From: Acidimicrobiia bacterium
GTDB lineage: Bacteria > Actinomycetota > Acidimicrobiia > IMCC26256 > JAGNEX01
Reading direction: 5' to 3'
NCBI GenBank assembly: GCA_018003035.1
Contig: JAGNEX010000007.1
Location: forward strand, 14,393 to 78,392
Length of the DNA stretch: 64,000 bases
The notes beneath the pieces were generated by a model. It worked only from the letters and a program-made list of their open reading frames with translations. It did no database searches and was not told the origin of the DNA. Below are positions 38,017 through 46,544 of this stretch, in pieces; the first letter of the stretch is position 1; each line of letters starts with the position of its first letter. Both the position numbers and the translations under genes were made by a program.

Positions 38017-38040
38017 AAAATTAGTACACGTTCTAATTTT
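38017..38040. promoter_or_regulatory. AT-rich 24-bp imperfect palindrome containing a near-consensus KstR-type (TetR family) operator
   Basis: AAAATTAGTACACGTTCTAATTTT. The core TAGTACACGTTCTA matches TnnAACnnGTTnnA at 13/14 positions. 10/12 arm symmetry. It overlaps the DUF418 stop and lies ~190 nt upstream of the ipdA-like start. Confidence 0.5.
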
Positions 38041-39295
38041 CGCCGGCGACCGCCGTGCGGGCCGCTCGACCGCTGCGAGCCAGTTCGGACGCCTCAGCAG
38101 CATGGTCCCGTTGCGCACAGTGAGAACAGATCACGCGAGCAAGGACCGGAGACGACCTGCCAGAAGCGGCGTTGGTGAGCGCTTCGAGCGGGCCGTTTGA
38201 CCACCGGCGCAGCCACAGAGTCGAAGCGAGGGTCGCCACCGCCACGAAGAGGATGATCTCAATAGCACCCACGGTTGGCATCGCCCGCCACTCGCGAGGC
38301 GCCAACCCCACCCACAGCGCCAGCGCGACATAGACACTCAGGCCGACCCGCCCCAAGGGCTGTACCCAGCGAACCAGCTTCGGAAAACGTTGGCTGAGCA
38401 GCAACGTTGCAGAAAGAATCGATACCGCAATCGCAGAACCAAAAATGATCGATGCAATCGTCCCGCTGTGACCCGCCACCGAAAGTTGCGCTGTCGGGCG
38501 AACCGTTTCGATGACGACATGATCGGGGGCCGGCCGGGCCTCCGCCTCGACCAACGAACGGCGGATATCGACCCCGTCATAAGGTCGAGATTCGAGCAGT
38601 TCCTGACCCACCAACGTGACGGCCGCGACGATCAAGGCGGCGGCGAAGATGCGCCCGAGTTGGGGACCCCGCTTCAGTCCCCCCTTGCCAATCGCCATTC
38701 CGAGGACGAAGACACCCGCGCCGCGAACCAATGCATACGGGCCGAAGACCAACGTGTCGGTCAGCCATTGCCAGGTGAGGACCGAGTGACCCGCAAACTC
38801 CGGTGACCGCATGATCGGCCAGATCGTCTCGGCCAACCACACCGTGCTCGGCCCGACGATGACCAGAACGACTCCGACAGCGAAGAGGCCGCGCTGCGAC
38901 AACGTCACCAGCAAGGCCGCGAGCAACATGTACCCCAAGTAGGCGGTCAGCACCTCGCTCTCGAACAAGGGCCGCAGTGCAGCGCCAATCACGAACAGCA
39001 CTGCCCCACGGGACACCAGCCAGCTGCGCTGCTCGCACACCGGCTTAGTCGACCACCGTGCTGTTATCGCGACCGTCGCCCCCGACACGGCCAAAAACAG
39101 CATGAGCGCCCGCCCGTGAGGGGACGCCAACACCGCCGTCAGCATCCATGGCTCATTGGCTACGGGGTGCACTGGTTCGACCATGTGCACCATGACCATG
39201 CCAACTACCGCGACTCCACGGGCGACGTCAAGACCCAGGACTCGGCGCCCTGCATTCCCCCCTGAATTCGCGTAACCGTTGCTTGCCAACGCCAC
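38033..39295 (-). CDS. DUF418/YeiB-like polytopic membrane protein
   Basis: GLDVARGVAVVGMVMVH N-terminal motif, ~10 TM, C-terminal RRWSNGPLEAL (YeiB GPLEW-like). Confidence 0.75.
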   Translation of the reverse strand: MALASNGYANSGGNAGRRVLGLDVARGVAVVGMVMVHMVEPVHPVANEPWMLTAVLASPHGRALMLFLAVSGATVAITARWSTKPVCEQRSWLVSRGAVLFVIGAALRPLFESEVLTAYLGYMLLAALLVTLSQRGLFAVGVVLVIVGPSTVWLAETIWPIMRSPEFAGHSVLTWQWLTDTLVFGPYALVRGAGVFVLGMAIGKGGLKRGPQLGRIFAAALIVAAVTLVGQELLESRPYDGVDIRRSLVEAEARPAPDHVVIETVRPTAQLSVAGHSGTIASIIFGSAIAVSILSATLLLSQRFPKLVRWVQPLGRVGLSVYVALALWVGLAPREWRAMPTVGAIEIILFVAVATLASTLWLRRWSNGPLEALTNAASGRSSPVLARVICSHCAQRDHAAEASELARSGRAARTAVAGEN

Positions 39296-39349
39296 TCATC
39301 CCGCTGGTCGGTGTGTCGCCCAGTGGACTGCCCAGCGAGAAAAGTTGTC

Positions 39350-39364
39350 GCGAACAATGTTCGC
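39350..39364. promoter_or_regulatory. Perfect 15-bp palindrome GCGAACAATGTTCGC in the promoter region of the DUF418/ipdAB unit
   Basis: 7-bp arms around a central A. Located 55 nt upstream of the DUF418 GTG (39295) in an AT-enriched 218-bp intergenic region. Confidence 0.35.
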
Positions 39365-39513
39365 AAAAGCGTCGGCAGTTGTTAATTGTTGGGCACCATG
39401 AGACGGGTTGTTGAACGCCTCACGCATCCCCTAGTTCGCGCAGCTGCCAGCCCAAACATCACTCTGACAGTCGACACGGCGCGGGGGAATTAACCCAGTG
39501 TAGGCCGCGAAAA

Positions 39514-40254
39514 TCAATCCCGCTTTTCTACGAATGCGTCACGCGCCTCGTCGCTGACCCCGCTCAGGTTCAATTCGAAGGTAAACCCCTGCTCGTAGCG
39601 GTACGAGCGCTTCACATCGACCGGGTCGATTCCGTTGAGCGATGCCTTCGCAGCGCGAATAACCGTCGGCGGCTTCCCTGCGATTTTGGCGGCCAGAGCT
39701 AACGCCGCTTGGCGGAGCTCAGCAGCGGGCACGACCTGATGGATCGACCCATACCGCTCCATCTCCTGCGCGGTGATGGACTCAGCGGTATAGACCATTT
39801 CTCGCATTTTGTGCTGGGGAACCATGCGGGCCAGATGCGTCGCAGCGCCCAGCGCCCCGCGGTCCACCTCGGGCAGACCGAAGGTCGCGTCGTCAGCGGC
39901 GATGATGATGTCGGCGTTGCCAACCAGGCCGATCCCACCCCCGAGACAGAAACCGTTGACAGCAGCGATGACCGGCACTTCGCATTCGTACACAGCGGCA
40001 AACGCCGCGTAACACCCTCGGTTGGCACCGATCAGTGCGTCAAAGCCGTCGGTCCGCTGCATTTCTTTGATATCGACACCAGCATTGAAACCACGCCCCT
40101 CGGCGCGCAGTACCACCACGTGGACGTCTTGGTCCCGACCCGCTGCGACCACTTTCTCGGCTAGGTCGAACCAGCCAGCGACTGGCAGCGCGTTGACCGG
40201 TGGATTGTCGACGATGACCTCGGCGATGTGGTCTGCAACCTCATAACGGATCAA
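39514..40254 (-). CDS. Enoyl-CoA hydratase/isomerase (crotonase; EchA20-like by context)
   Basis: VVLRAEGRGFNAGVDIKEM, AAVNGFCLGGGIGLV oxyanion-hole segments. 246 aa. Confidence 0.85.
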   Translation of the reverse strand: MIRYEVADHIAEVIVDNPPVNALPVAGWFDLAEKVVAAGRDQDVHVVVLRAEGRGFNAGVDIKEMQRTDGFDALIGANRGCYAAFAAVYECEVPVIAAVNGFCLGGGIGLVGNADIIIAADDATFGLPEVDRGALGAATHLARMVPQHKMREMVYTAESITAQEMERYGSIHQVVPAAELRQAALALAAKIAGKPPTVIRAAKASLNGIDPVDVKRSYRYEQGFTFELNLSGVSDEARDAFVEKRD

Positions 40255-40448
40255 GGTGGTCCCCTCTGGTTTCGGTTGGCGCCCAAGAAGCTGGCGCCGA
40301 ACATGGTGTTGGGCGACTCACCGCCGCGTTGGCCTGTGCGACGCGAGCGGGCCTAGGCGGTGAGTCAGTCGCCGAACTGGACGGCGCCCGTGACGGCCAC
40401 CAAGTATGACAGCAACGTCAGGTTGCCAAGCTCAAGCGAGGTCCCGCT

Positions 40449-41276
40449 ATGCCGTCCAACACGTCCGCCAATTCTGGCAACACACCCGGCAACCAGCAGC
40501 TCGGCGCGGCGTTCGCCGGTCGATCGGTCATCGTGACCGGAGGATCCCGAGGTATTGGACGGGTGATCGCCCAGCAGTTCCTCGACGCCGGTGCGCAGGT
40601 CACGATCTGCGGACGAAACGCTCCTGACGATCTACCGCAGTCGAACGGTCAGCAGGCAGTTTTTGTCGAGGCAGACGTTCGAGAACCAGACGATATCGAC
40701 CGGGTTGTGGAAGCGACGATCACCGCTACCGGCCGTCTGGACGTGCTGATCAACAACGCTGGTGGATCACCCCATGTGATGGCAGCCGACGCGTCTGCGC
40801 GCTTTGTGGCGTCGATCATTTCGTTGAATCTCACCAGCGCGTTGGTGTTTTCGCAGCGGGCAAACGCCGTGATGCAGCAACAGGACTTTGGCGGCGCCAT
40901 CGTTAACGTGTCTTCGGTGAGCGGCCTCCGCCCCTCACCCGGAACCGCCGCCTATGGCGCCGCAAAAGCGGGCCTCAACAGCGCTACGCAGTCCTTGGCG
41001 GTCGAATGGGCCCCAAAGGTTCGGATCAATGCCGTTTCGGCGGGTTTGATCGCAACAGAAAACGCACAGGACCACTACGGTGGGGCTGCGGGTATGGCAG
41101 CCGTCGCCGCGACGGTTCCACTTGGAAGGTTTGGAACTCCCGCCGACGTTGCTGGCGCGTGTCTCTTTCTGGCGTCTCCGCAAGCGTCGTACATCAGCGG
41201 AGCGAACCTGGTGGTCAACGGCGGCGATCAATGGCCAGCCTTCCTGACCGCCGCTTCTGCCTTTACCTCGCATTAA
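40449..41276 (+). CDS. SDR family oxidoreductase
   Basis: VTGGSRGIGR, NNAGG, YGAAKAG. Confidence 0.85.
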   Translation: MPSNTSANSGNTPGNQQLGAAFAGRSVIVTGGSRGIGRVIAQQFLDAGAQVTICGRNAPDDLPQSNGQQAVFVEADVREPDDIDRVVEATITATGRLDVLINNAGGSPHVMAADASARFVASIISLNLTSALVFSQRANAVMQQQDFGGAIVNVSSVSGLRPSPGTAAYGAAKAGLNSATQSLAVEWAPKVRINAVSAGLIATENAQDHYGGAAGMAAVAATVPLGRFGTPADVAGACLFLASPQASYISGANLVVNGGDQWPAFLTAASAFTSH

Positions 41277-41302
41277 ACACGAATGCGCTGGTGGGCCCTC
41301 CG

Positions 41303-41343
41303 CGACCGGAACATTGTCAGTGGATTTGTGACAATCTCGGTCG
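41303..41343. promoter_or_regulatory. Long interrupted inverted repeat between SDR stop and desaturase start (operator or terminator hairpin)
   Basis: CGACCG-GAAC-ATTGTCA gtggatttg TGACAAT-CT-CGGTCG gives 6+7 bp pairing. 27 nt after the SDR stop and 150 nt before the desaturase GTG. Confidence 0.3.
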
Positions 41344-41493
41344 CGTTGATGTCCAAGTGACGGAAGCGCAAGCTTTCGCTGAATTGTTGCGACCGGAACA
41401 CCCTTCGTGGTGCCGCTGCTCTGCCGCTCTGCCATCCCCACAGCCTGTGCCCGCGTCCTTGACCGCCCGTCCAGCCACGAGATGTGAGTAAAC

Positions 41494-42441
41494 GTGCCGA
41501 ACACAGTTGTCGCTTCTTCCGACAAGCTCGACCCTGCAGGTTCACCAACCGAATCAGGAACTTCACGACCAAATCGCCGGTCCCGGCTCGAACCCGGCTC
41601 AATCGCAACGATGGCCATCGTCCATGCGATGGGCCTCGCCGGGATCATCTACATGATCTTCAATTTCCGCTGGCAGACGCTTGTTTTTGCCATCGCCTAC
41701 TACTTCGCCACCGGTATGGCCATCACCGGCGGCTACCACCGACTCTTCGCGCACCGCTCCTATCAGGCCCGCCTGCCCGTCCGGCTGGGCTTCGTCCTGC
41801 TCGGTTCTGGAGCGTTCCAGAACTCGGTCCTGGTTTGGTGCAACGACCACCGCGTTCACCACGGCGACACCGATGGTGACACCGACCCGTACTCCGTCCG
41901 GGACGGCAAATGGTGGGCACATATGAGCTGGCTGTTTTGGCAACGGCCAGGTGTTGGCGACCGGCCTCGCCAAACCCAAGACCTCGAACGCTCCGCCCTC
42001 ATTCGGGTCCAGGACAAGTACTACGTCTTTTTCGCCATCGCGATGGGCTTTGTGTTCCCGATGTTGGTTGCTTGGACCTGGGGAGATCCCCTTGGCGGGT
42101 TGCTCGTCGCCGGCGGACTCCGCGGCGCCCTGCTGCTGCAGGCGACCTTCTGCGTTAACTCGATGGCGCACCTGGTTGGCAACCGGCCATATGACGCCGA
42201 GTCGACCGCTGCTGACTCGTGGCTGACCGCGTTCATCACCTTTGGCGAGGGCTTCCACAACTACCACCACAAGTTCCAGAGCGACTACCGCGCCGCTATC
42301 CACTGGTGGCAGTACGACCCCACCAAATGGCTGGTACTCGGCTTTGAACGGGTGGGGCTGGCAAGCAACCTCCGCCGCACCAACCCCGCGGCGATCGCCG
42401 ACGCCAAAGCACTAGCCGCTCAACAGCGAGCGGCCGCGTAA
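41494..42441 (+). CDS. Membrane acyl-CoA (stearoyl-CoA type, delta-9-like) desaturase
   Basis: Three SCD-type His boxes: HRLFAH, HRVHH, HNYHH. 4 TM. GTG start. Confidence 0.9.
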   Translation: MPNTVVASSDKLDPAGSPTESGTSRPNRRSRLEPGSIATMAIVHAMGLAGIIYMIFNFRWQTLVFAIAYYFATGMAITGGYHRLFAHRSYQARLPVRLGFVLLGSGAFQNSVLVWCNDHRVHHGDTDGDTDPYSVRDGKWWAHMSWLFWQRPGVGDRPRQTQDLERSALIRVQDKYYVFFAIAMGFVFPMLVAWTWGDPLGGLLVAGGLRGALLLQATFCVNSMAHLVGNRPYDAESTAADSWLTAFITFGEGFHNYHHKFQSDYRAAIHWWQYDPTKWLVLGFERVGLASNLRRTNPAAIADAKALAAQQRAAA

Positions 42442-42453
42442 CACCTCACGGCG

Positions 42454-42474
42454 GGGGTCGCGGCTCGCGGCCCC
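42454..42474 (+). terminator. GC-rich hairpin after desaturase gene
   Basis: GGGGTCGCG-gct-CGCGGCCCC: 9-bp stem with one G-U pair and a 3-nt loop, 13 nt after the TAA. No U-tract. Confidence 0.4.
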
Positions 42475-42562
42475 TGCGTAGGTCACTCCCAGACCCAGGC
42501 ATCCCGACCTCGCCGCTCCTCGCGCTACCCTGACACGAATGTCAGGTTCGCTAGGAGGCCAG

Positions 42563-43039
42563 ATGTCTGCAACTAAGGCGGTGAAACCGGTCATCGACGG
42601 CTGGTTCACAACGGGGGATCACCCCGCTCTGATCGGCACCCGCTGCCGCGCGTGTTCGAGTGCCTTCTTCCCTCGGGAAGACTCATTCTGCCGAAACCCA
42701 GGGTGCGACAGCACCGACCTCGACGAGGTCGAACTGGCCCGCACCGGCACCGTCTGGGCAGCAACGCAGAACTTCTACGCCCCGCCTGCGCCCTATATCG
42801 CGCCAGATCCTTTCGTGCCCTACGTGCTTGCTGCCGTCACCTTGGACCAGGACGGACTTGTCGTGATGGGACAGGTCACCGGTGATGTGAGCGTCGAGTC
42901 TCTGCCTGCTGGCACACCCGTCGAACTGACCACCGGCATCGCCTACGAAGACGACGACACGGCCTGGCTGATGTGGCTCTGGAAGCCGACATCGCCACAA
43001 GAAGGCGCTGAGGCTGGATCGGAGGCAACCAATGTCTAA
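42563..43039 (+). CDS. DUF35 OB-fold/Zn-ribbon protein (thiolase-partner)
   Basis: CRAC...CRNPGC four-Cys ribbon followed by an OB-fold segment. ATG 42563 lies 5 nt after GGAGG. Confidence 0.85.
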   Translation: MSATKAVKPVIDGWFTTGDHPALIGTRCRACSSAFFPREDSFCRNPGCDSTDLDEVELARTGTVWAATQNFYAPPAPYIAPDPFVPYVLAAVTLDQDGLVVMGQVTGDVSVESLPAGTPVELTTGIAYEDDDTAWLMWLWKPTSPQEGAEAGSEATNV

Positions 43040-44222
43040 CGAAGTTTCCGTCATCGGCGTCGGAATGCACCCCTGGGGCAAATGGGGCAAAAGCTTCGTC
43101 GAGTATGGCGTCCATGCGGCTCGGGCCGCCCTCGACGACGCGGGCATCCCCTGGACCGACGTCGACTTCGTCAGCGGTGGCGACACGATGCGCAACGGCT
43201 ACAAGGGATACGTCGCCGGTTCGACGTTCGCGCAGGCGCTGGGGTGGACCGGTGCTCGGATCGCGTCGAGCTACGCGGCGTGCGCTACCGGCGCACAGGC
43301 CATCAACGTCGCTCGGGCGCACATACTTTCGGGGATGGCCAATGTTGCCCTCGTCGTCGGCGCGGACACCACACCCAAAGGCTTCCTGGCCCCCAACGCC
43401 GGGGAACGCTTCGACGACCCGGACTGGCTGCGCTTCCGACTGATGGGGATGACCAACCCGTCCTATTTCGGACTCTATGCCCGACGCCGCATGGACCTTT
43501 ACGGCGCGACCGAAGAAGATTTCGCCCTCGTCAAGGTCAAGAACTCGCGCCACGGTCTGACCAACCCCAACGCTCGCTACCGCAAGGAATACTCCGTCGA
43601 AGAAGTGATGGAGTCGCCGTATGTGTCGTACCCGCTTCGCCTCTTGCAGATCTGCGCCACCTCCGATGGCGGCGCAGCGTTGGTTTTGTGCTCCGCCGAC
43701 TATGCCAAGGCGCGAGGCCTAACCGGCACCGTGAAGATCTCCGCCGTCGCGACGGCAACCCCCACCTACCCAAACACGATCCTCGATATGCCCGAACTCG
43801 CCACCGATTCAACGACGGCGGTCGCGCCCCCAGACAAACCGTTCAAAAACTCGATCGCCGCGGCCGCGTATGAAGAGGCAGGACTCGGCCCCGACGATCT
43901 CGATGTGGCCGAGGTCTACGACCTGTCATCGGCGCTCGAACTCGACTGGTACGAACAGCTCGGCCTGTGCGAGCCAGGTGAGGCCGAAGCGCTTCTCAAG
44001 TCGGGCGCTACAACCATCGGGGGCAGAATTCCCGTGAACCCGTCGGGCGGGCTCGGCTGTTTCGGCGAGGCCGTCCCCGCGCAGGCGATCGCTCAGGTGT
44101 GCGAGGTGACTTGGCAGCTACGCGGCCAGGCGGGTGATCGACAGGTCGACGGCGCCAGGGTCGGACTGACCATCAATCAAGGTCTCTTCGGCCACGGCTC
44201 CAGCGTTATCTGTACTCGATAG
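43032..44222 (+). CDS. Thiolase-like / SCP-x (Ltp-type) lipid-transfer thiolase family protein
   Basis: SSYAACATGAQAI, VNPSGGLGCFGEAV. 8-nt overlap with the DUF35 gene. Confidence 0.9.
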   Translation: MSNEVSVIGVGMHPWGKWGKSFVEYGVHAARAALDDAGIPWTDVDFVSGGDTMRNGYKGYVAGSTFAQALGWTGARIASSYAACATGAQAINVARAHILSGMANVALVVGADTTPKGFLAPNAGERFDDPDWLRFRLMGMTNPSYFGLYARRRMDLYGATEEDFALVKVKNSRHGLTNPNARYRKEYSVEEVMESPYVSYPLRLLQICATSDGGAALVLCSADYAKARGLTGTVKISAVATATPTYPNTILDMPELATDSTTAVAPPDKPFKNSIAAAAYEEAGLGPDDLDVAEVYDLSSALELDWYEQLGLCEPGEAEALLKSGATTIGGRIPVNPSGGLGCFGEAVPAQAIAQVCEVTWQLRGQAGDRQVDGARVGLTINQGLFGHGSSVICTR

Positions 44223-44684
44223 TTCGGCTTCGGAGGATCCGTCGATCAGCGTTCGGGGGTCTCCCGCCCGCGACCGAGTGGGAAACCCCGCAAGGTCGTC
44301 CTCCGGACGCCACGACCGGCTGGAGGGGTGACGTGCGCGCAGGATCCCCGCGCTGTTCATCAAGCTTCCGATCACCAACAAAATGGTGGCCCGCGAGGGG
44401 CCGGTTGCGGCCACCACGCTTCCGGATGCGACGGGAGCTGCGGTCGCGATCATGAGGCCAAGCCGACTGTGCATCGTTTGCTCCAGACGCCGAATGGTTG
44501 AACTATCGATATCTATTGGAGGAACATCGGCCACACAGCCAAGATCTGAAGCAGTACGGAATTTTCATACCGAGATTTGATGCCTGTGTCACCTCCGTCC
44601 GGTCGCGTAGGTCAGAATCAAGGAACCTGCTTCGCGATGCAGGCCGATAAACGCCGTTACGCGACATGATCATTTGGTGGTTAG

Positions 44685-46544
44685 ATGACAGTGCGCCCCG
44701 ATCCACCCGTCCCTTCTGGATCGATGCTGGTAAGCGGTTCGGTCCAGGGACGGATCCCGCTGCCCAAGTACGAACCCCAATCCGACCCGGAATCCCTCGA
44801 CGTTTGGGGCTTTCCCGACTCAGGTTTTGAGGTCACCGACAAAGGCGTCGTCAAGGCCCGCGGTCACCGCTACGAGATCTCTGGTTCGGAGCTCCCCGAC
44901 CTGCTCCCGTGGATGCGTGACGTCGTCAAGATCGACATCGACGCATTCGATGTCCACGAAACGCACTATCCGCCAAAGATCCCGGCACCGGTCAAGAACG
45001 ACACGTTCCTGTCTGCAATCGCTGCGTTTCTGGGGGACGACCAGATCACCGACGACGACGAAGAGCGACTGCGTCGTGGCCACGGTCACACCCAAGAAGA
45101 GATGTACGCCATCAAGTACGGGTCTTTACCCCGGATCCCCGACTTGATCGTCTTCCCGGCCGATGACCTCGAAGTGGCCCAACTCGTCACGGCCGCTGTC
45201 GACGCAGATGTCGTCCTGGTCCCCTACGGTGGCGGCACGAACGTGACCGAAGCTTTGCGCTGTGATCCCGACGAAACTCGAATGATCGTCGCGGTCGACA
45301 TGAAGCTGATGGATCAAGTCCTCTGGATCGACCCGACAAACCTTGAAGCAGGCATTCAGGCTGGCGCCGTCGGTCGCCATCTGACCGACCGTCTGGCGGA
45401 ATTTGGCTTCACGATGGGCCACGAGCCCGATTCGCTTGAGTTTTCAACGCTCGGCGGGTGGATCGCCACCCACGCATCAGGCATGAAGAAGAACCGGTAC
45501 GGCAACATCGAAGATCTGCTGACCGACGTGACCGTTGTCACCCGCGACGGCGTCATCTCTCGCAACAACGTCGGCCCTCGCGAGTCCGTCGGCGCCGACC
45601 CTCGTCGTTTCATCTTGGGATCCGAAGGCAACCTGGGGATCATCACGCAGGCGACCGTGAAGATCTTTCCCCTCCCCGAGGTGCAGAAGTATCAGGCCAT
45701 CTTGTTCCCGACCTTCCAAGACGGGGTCGCGTTCATGTACGACCTGACCCGATCGGGCAATTGGCCAGCCAGTGCACGCCTGGTCGACAACCTGCAGTTC
45801 CAACTGTCCCAGACGCTCAAACCGAAGAAGTCTGGCCTCGGCAAGCTCAAGTCGAATGCCGAGAAGCTGTTCGTCACCAAGGTCAAAGGGTTCGACGTCG
45901 ACAAGATGGTGGCGTGCACCCTGGTGTTCGAAGGCAACCAGGAGCAGGTCGCTTCTCAGGAAGAGACCGTCAAGAGGCTGAGCGCCCAGCACAAAGGGAT
46001 GGCAGCCGGCGCCGAAAATGGTAAGCGCGGCTACCAACTCACGTACGGAATTGCATATATCCGCGACTTCATTATGCGCAAGTACATCCTGGCCGAGTCG
46101 TTTGAAACGTCCATGCCGTGGGACAAAGTTTTACCGCTCGTCGAGCAAGTGAAAGCTCGCATTACCGAAGAACATCACAAGCGCAATCTGCCAGGAGTTC
46201 CGTTTATTACCGCTCGGATAACTCAGATTTACGACACAGGCGCGGTGGTGTACTTCTACTTCGCGTTTTACCACAAGGGTGTCGAAAATCCTTCCCAGGT
46301 GTACGCCGAGATCGAACACGCTGCTCGAGACGAGATCCTCAAGGCGGGCGGCTCGCTGTCTCACCATCACGGCATAGGCCACCTCCGCAAAGACTTTCTT
46401 CCACGAATCTTTTCCGATGCAGCGCTCGGCTGGAATCGCCAACTGAAGGCGGCGGTCGACCCGGGCAACAACTTTGGCACCGGATCCCAAGCCATCAACG
46501 ACCCGCTCCCCGCCTCGACGGACACCGAGGAGGTCGGCCGATGA
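44685..46544 (+). CDS. agpS: FAD-linked alkyl-dihydroxyacetonephosphate synthase (AGPS-type)
   Basis: PYGGGTNVT FAD-binding segment. HEPDSLEFSTLGGWIATHASGMKKNRYGNIEDL. SHHHGIGHLR triple-His loop (codons 46362-46370). N-terminal WGFPDSGF...GHRYEISGSELP extension as in eukaryotic AGPS (from memory). Confidence 0.85.
   Translation: MTVRPDPPVPSGSMLVSGSVQGRIPLPKYEPQSDPESLDVWGFPDSGFEVTDKGVVKARGHRYEISGSELPDLLPWMRDVVKIDIDAFDVHETHYPPKIPAPVKNDTFLSAIAAFLGDDQITDDDEERLRRGHGHTQEEMYAIKYGSLPRIPDLIVFPADDLEVAQLVTAAVDADVVLVPYGGGTNVTEALRCDPDETRMIVAVDMKLMDQVLWIDPTNLEAGIQAGAVGRHLTDRLAEFGFTMGHEPDSLEFSTLGGWIATHASGMKKNRYGNIEDLLTDVTVVTRDGVISRNNVGPRESVGADPRRFILGSEGNLGIITQATVKIFPLPEVQKYQAILFPTFQDGVAFMYDLTRSGNWPASARLVDNLQFQLSQTLKPKKSGLGKLKSNAEKLFVTKVKGFDVDKMVACTLVFEGNQEQVASQEETVKRLSAQHKGMAAGAENGKRGYQLTYGIAYIRDFIMRKYILAESFETSMPWDKVLPLVEQVKARITEEHHKRNLPGVPFITARITQIYDTGAVVYFYFAFYHKGVENPSQVYAEIEHAARDEILKAGGSLSHHHGIGHLRKDFLPRIFSDAALGWNRQLKAAVDPGNNFGTGSQAINDPLPASTDTEEVGR

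Noticed and set aside
41494-42441. Idea that the desaturase is a CarF/PEDS1-type plasmanyl (vinyl-ether) desaturase completing a plasmalogen pathway
   Set aside because: Its His boxes (HRLFAH, HRVHH, HNYHH) and length are those of stearoyl-CoA delta-9 desaturases, not the CarF/TMEM189 pattern. It is also separated from agpS by an unrelated gene pair.
44118-44534. 138-aa minus-strand ORF in the thiolase/agpS spacer (and the 65-aa plus ORF 44383..44580)
   Set aside because: The minus-strand ORF would overlap the thiolase 3' end by ~105 nt, and neither has an RBS or a recognisable domain. The 460-bp spacer is more likely the promoter region of the agpS operon.
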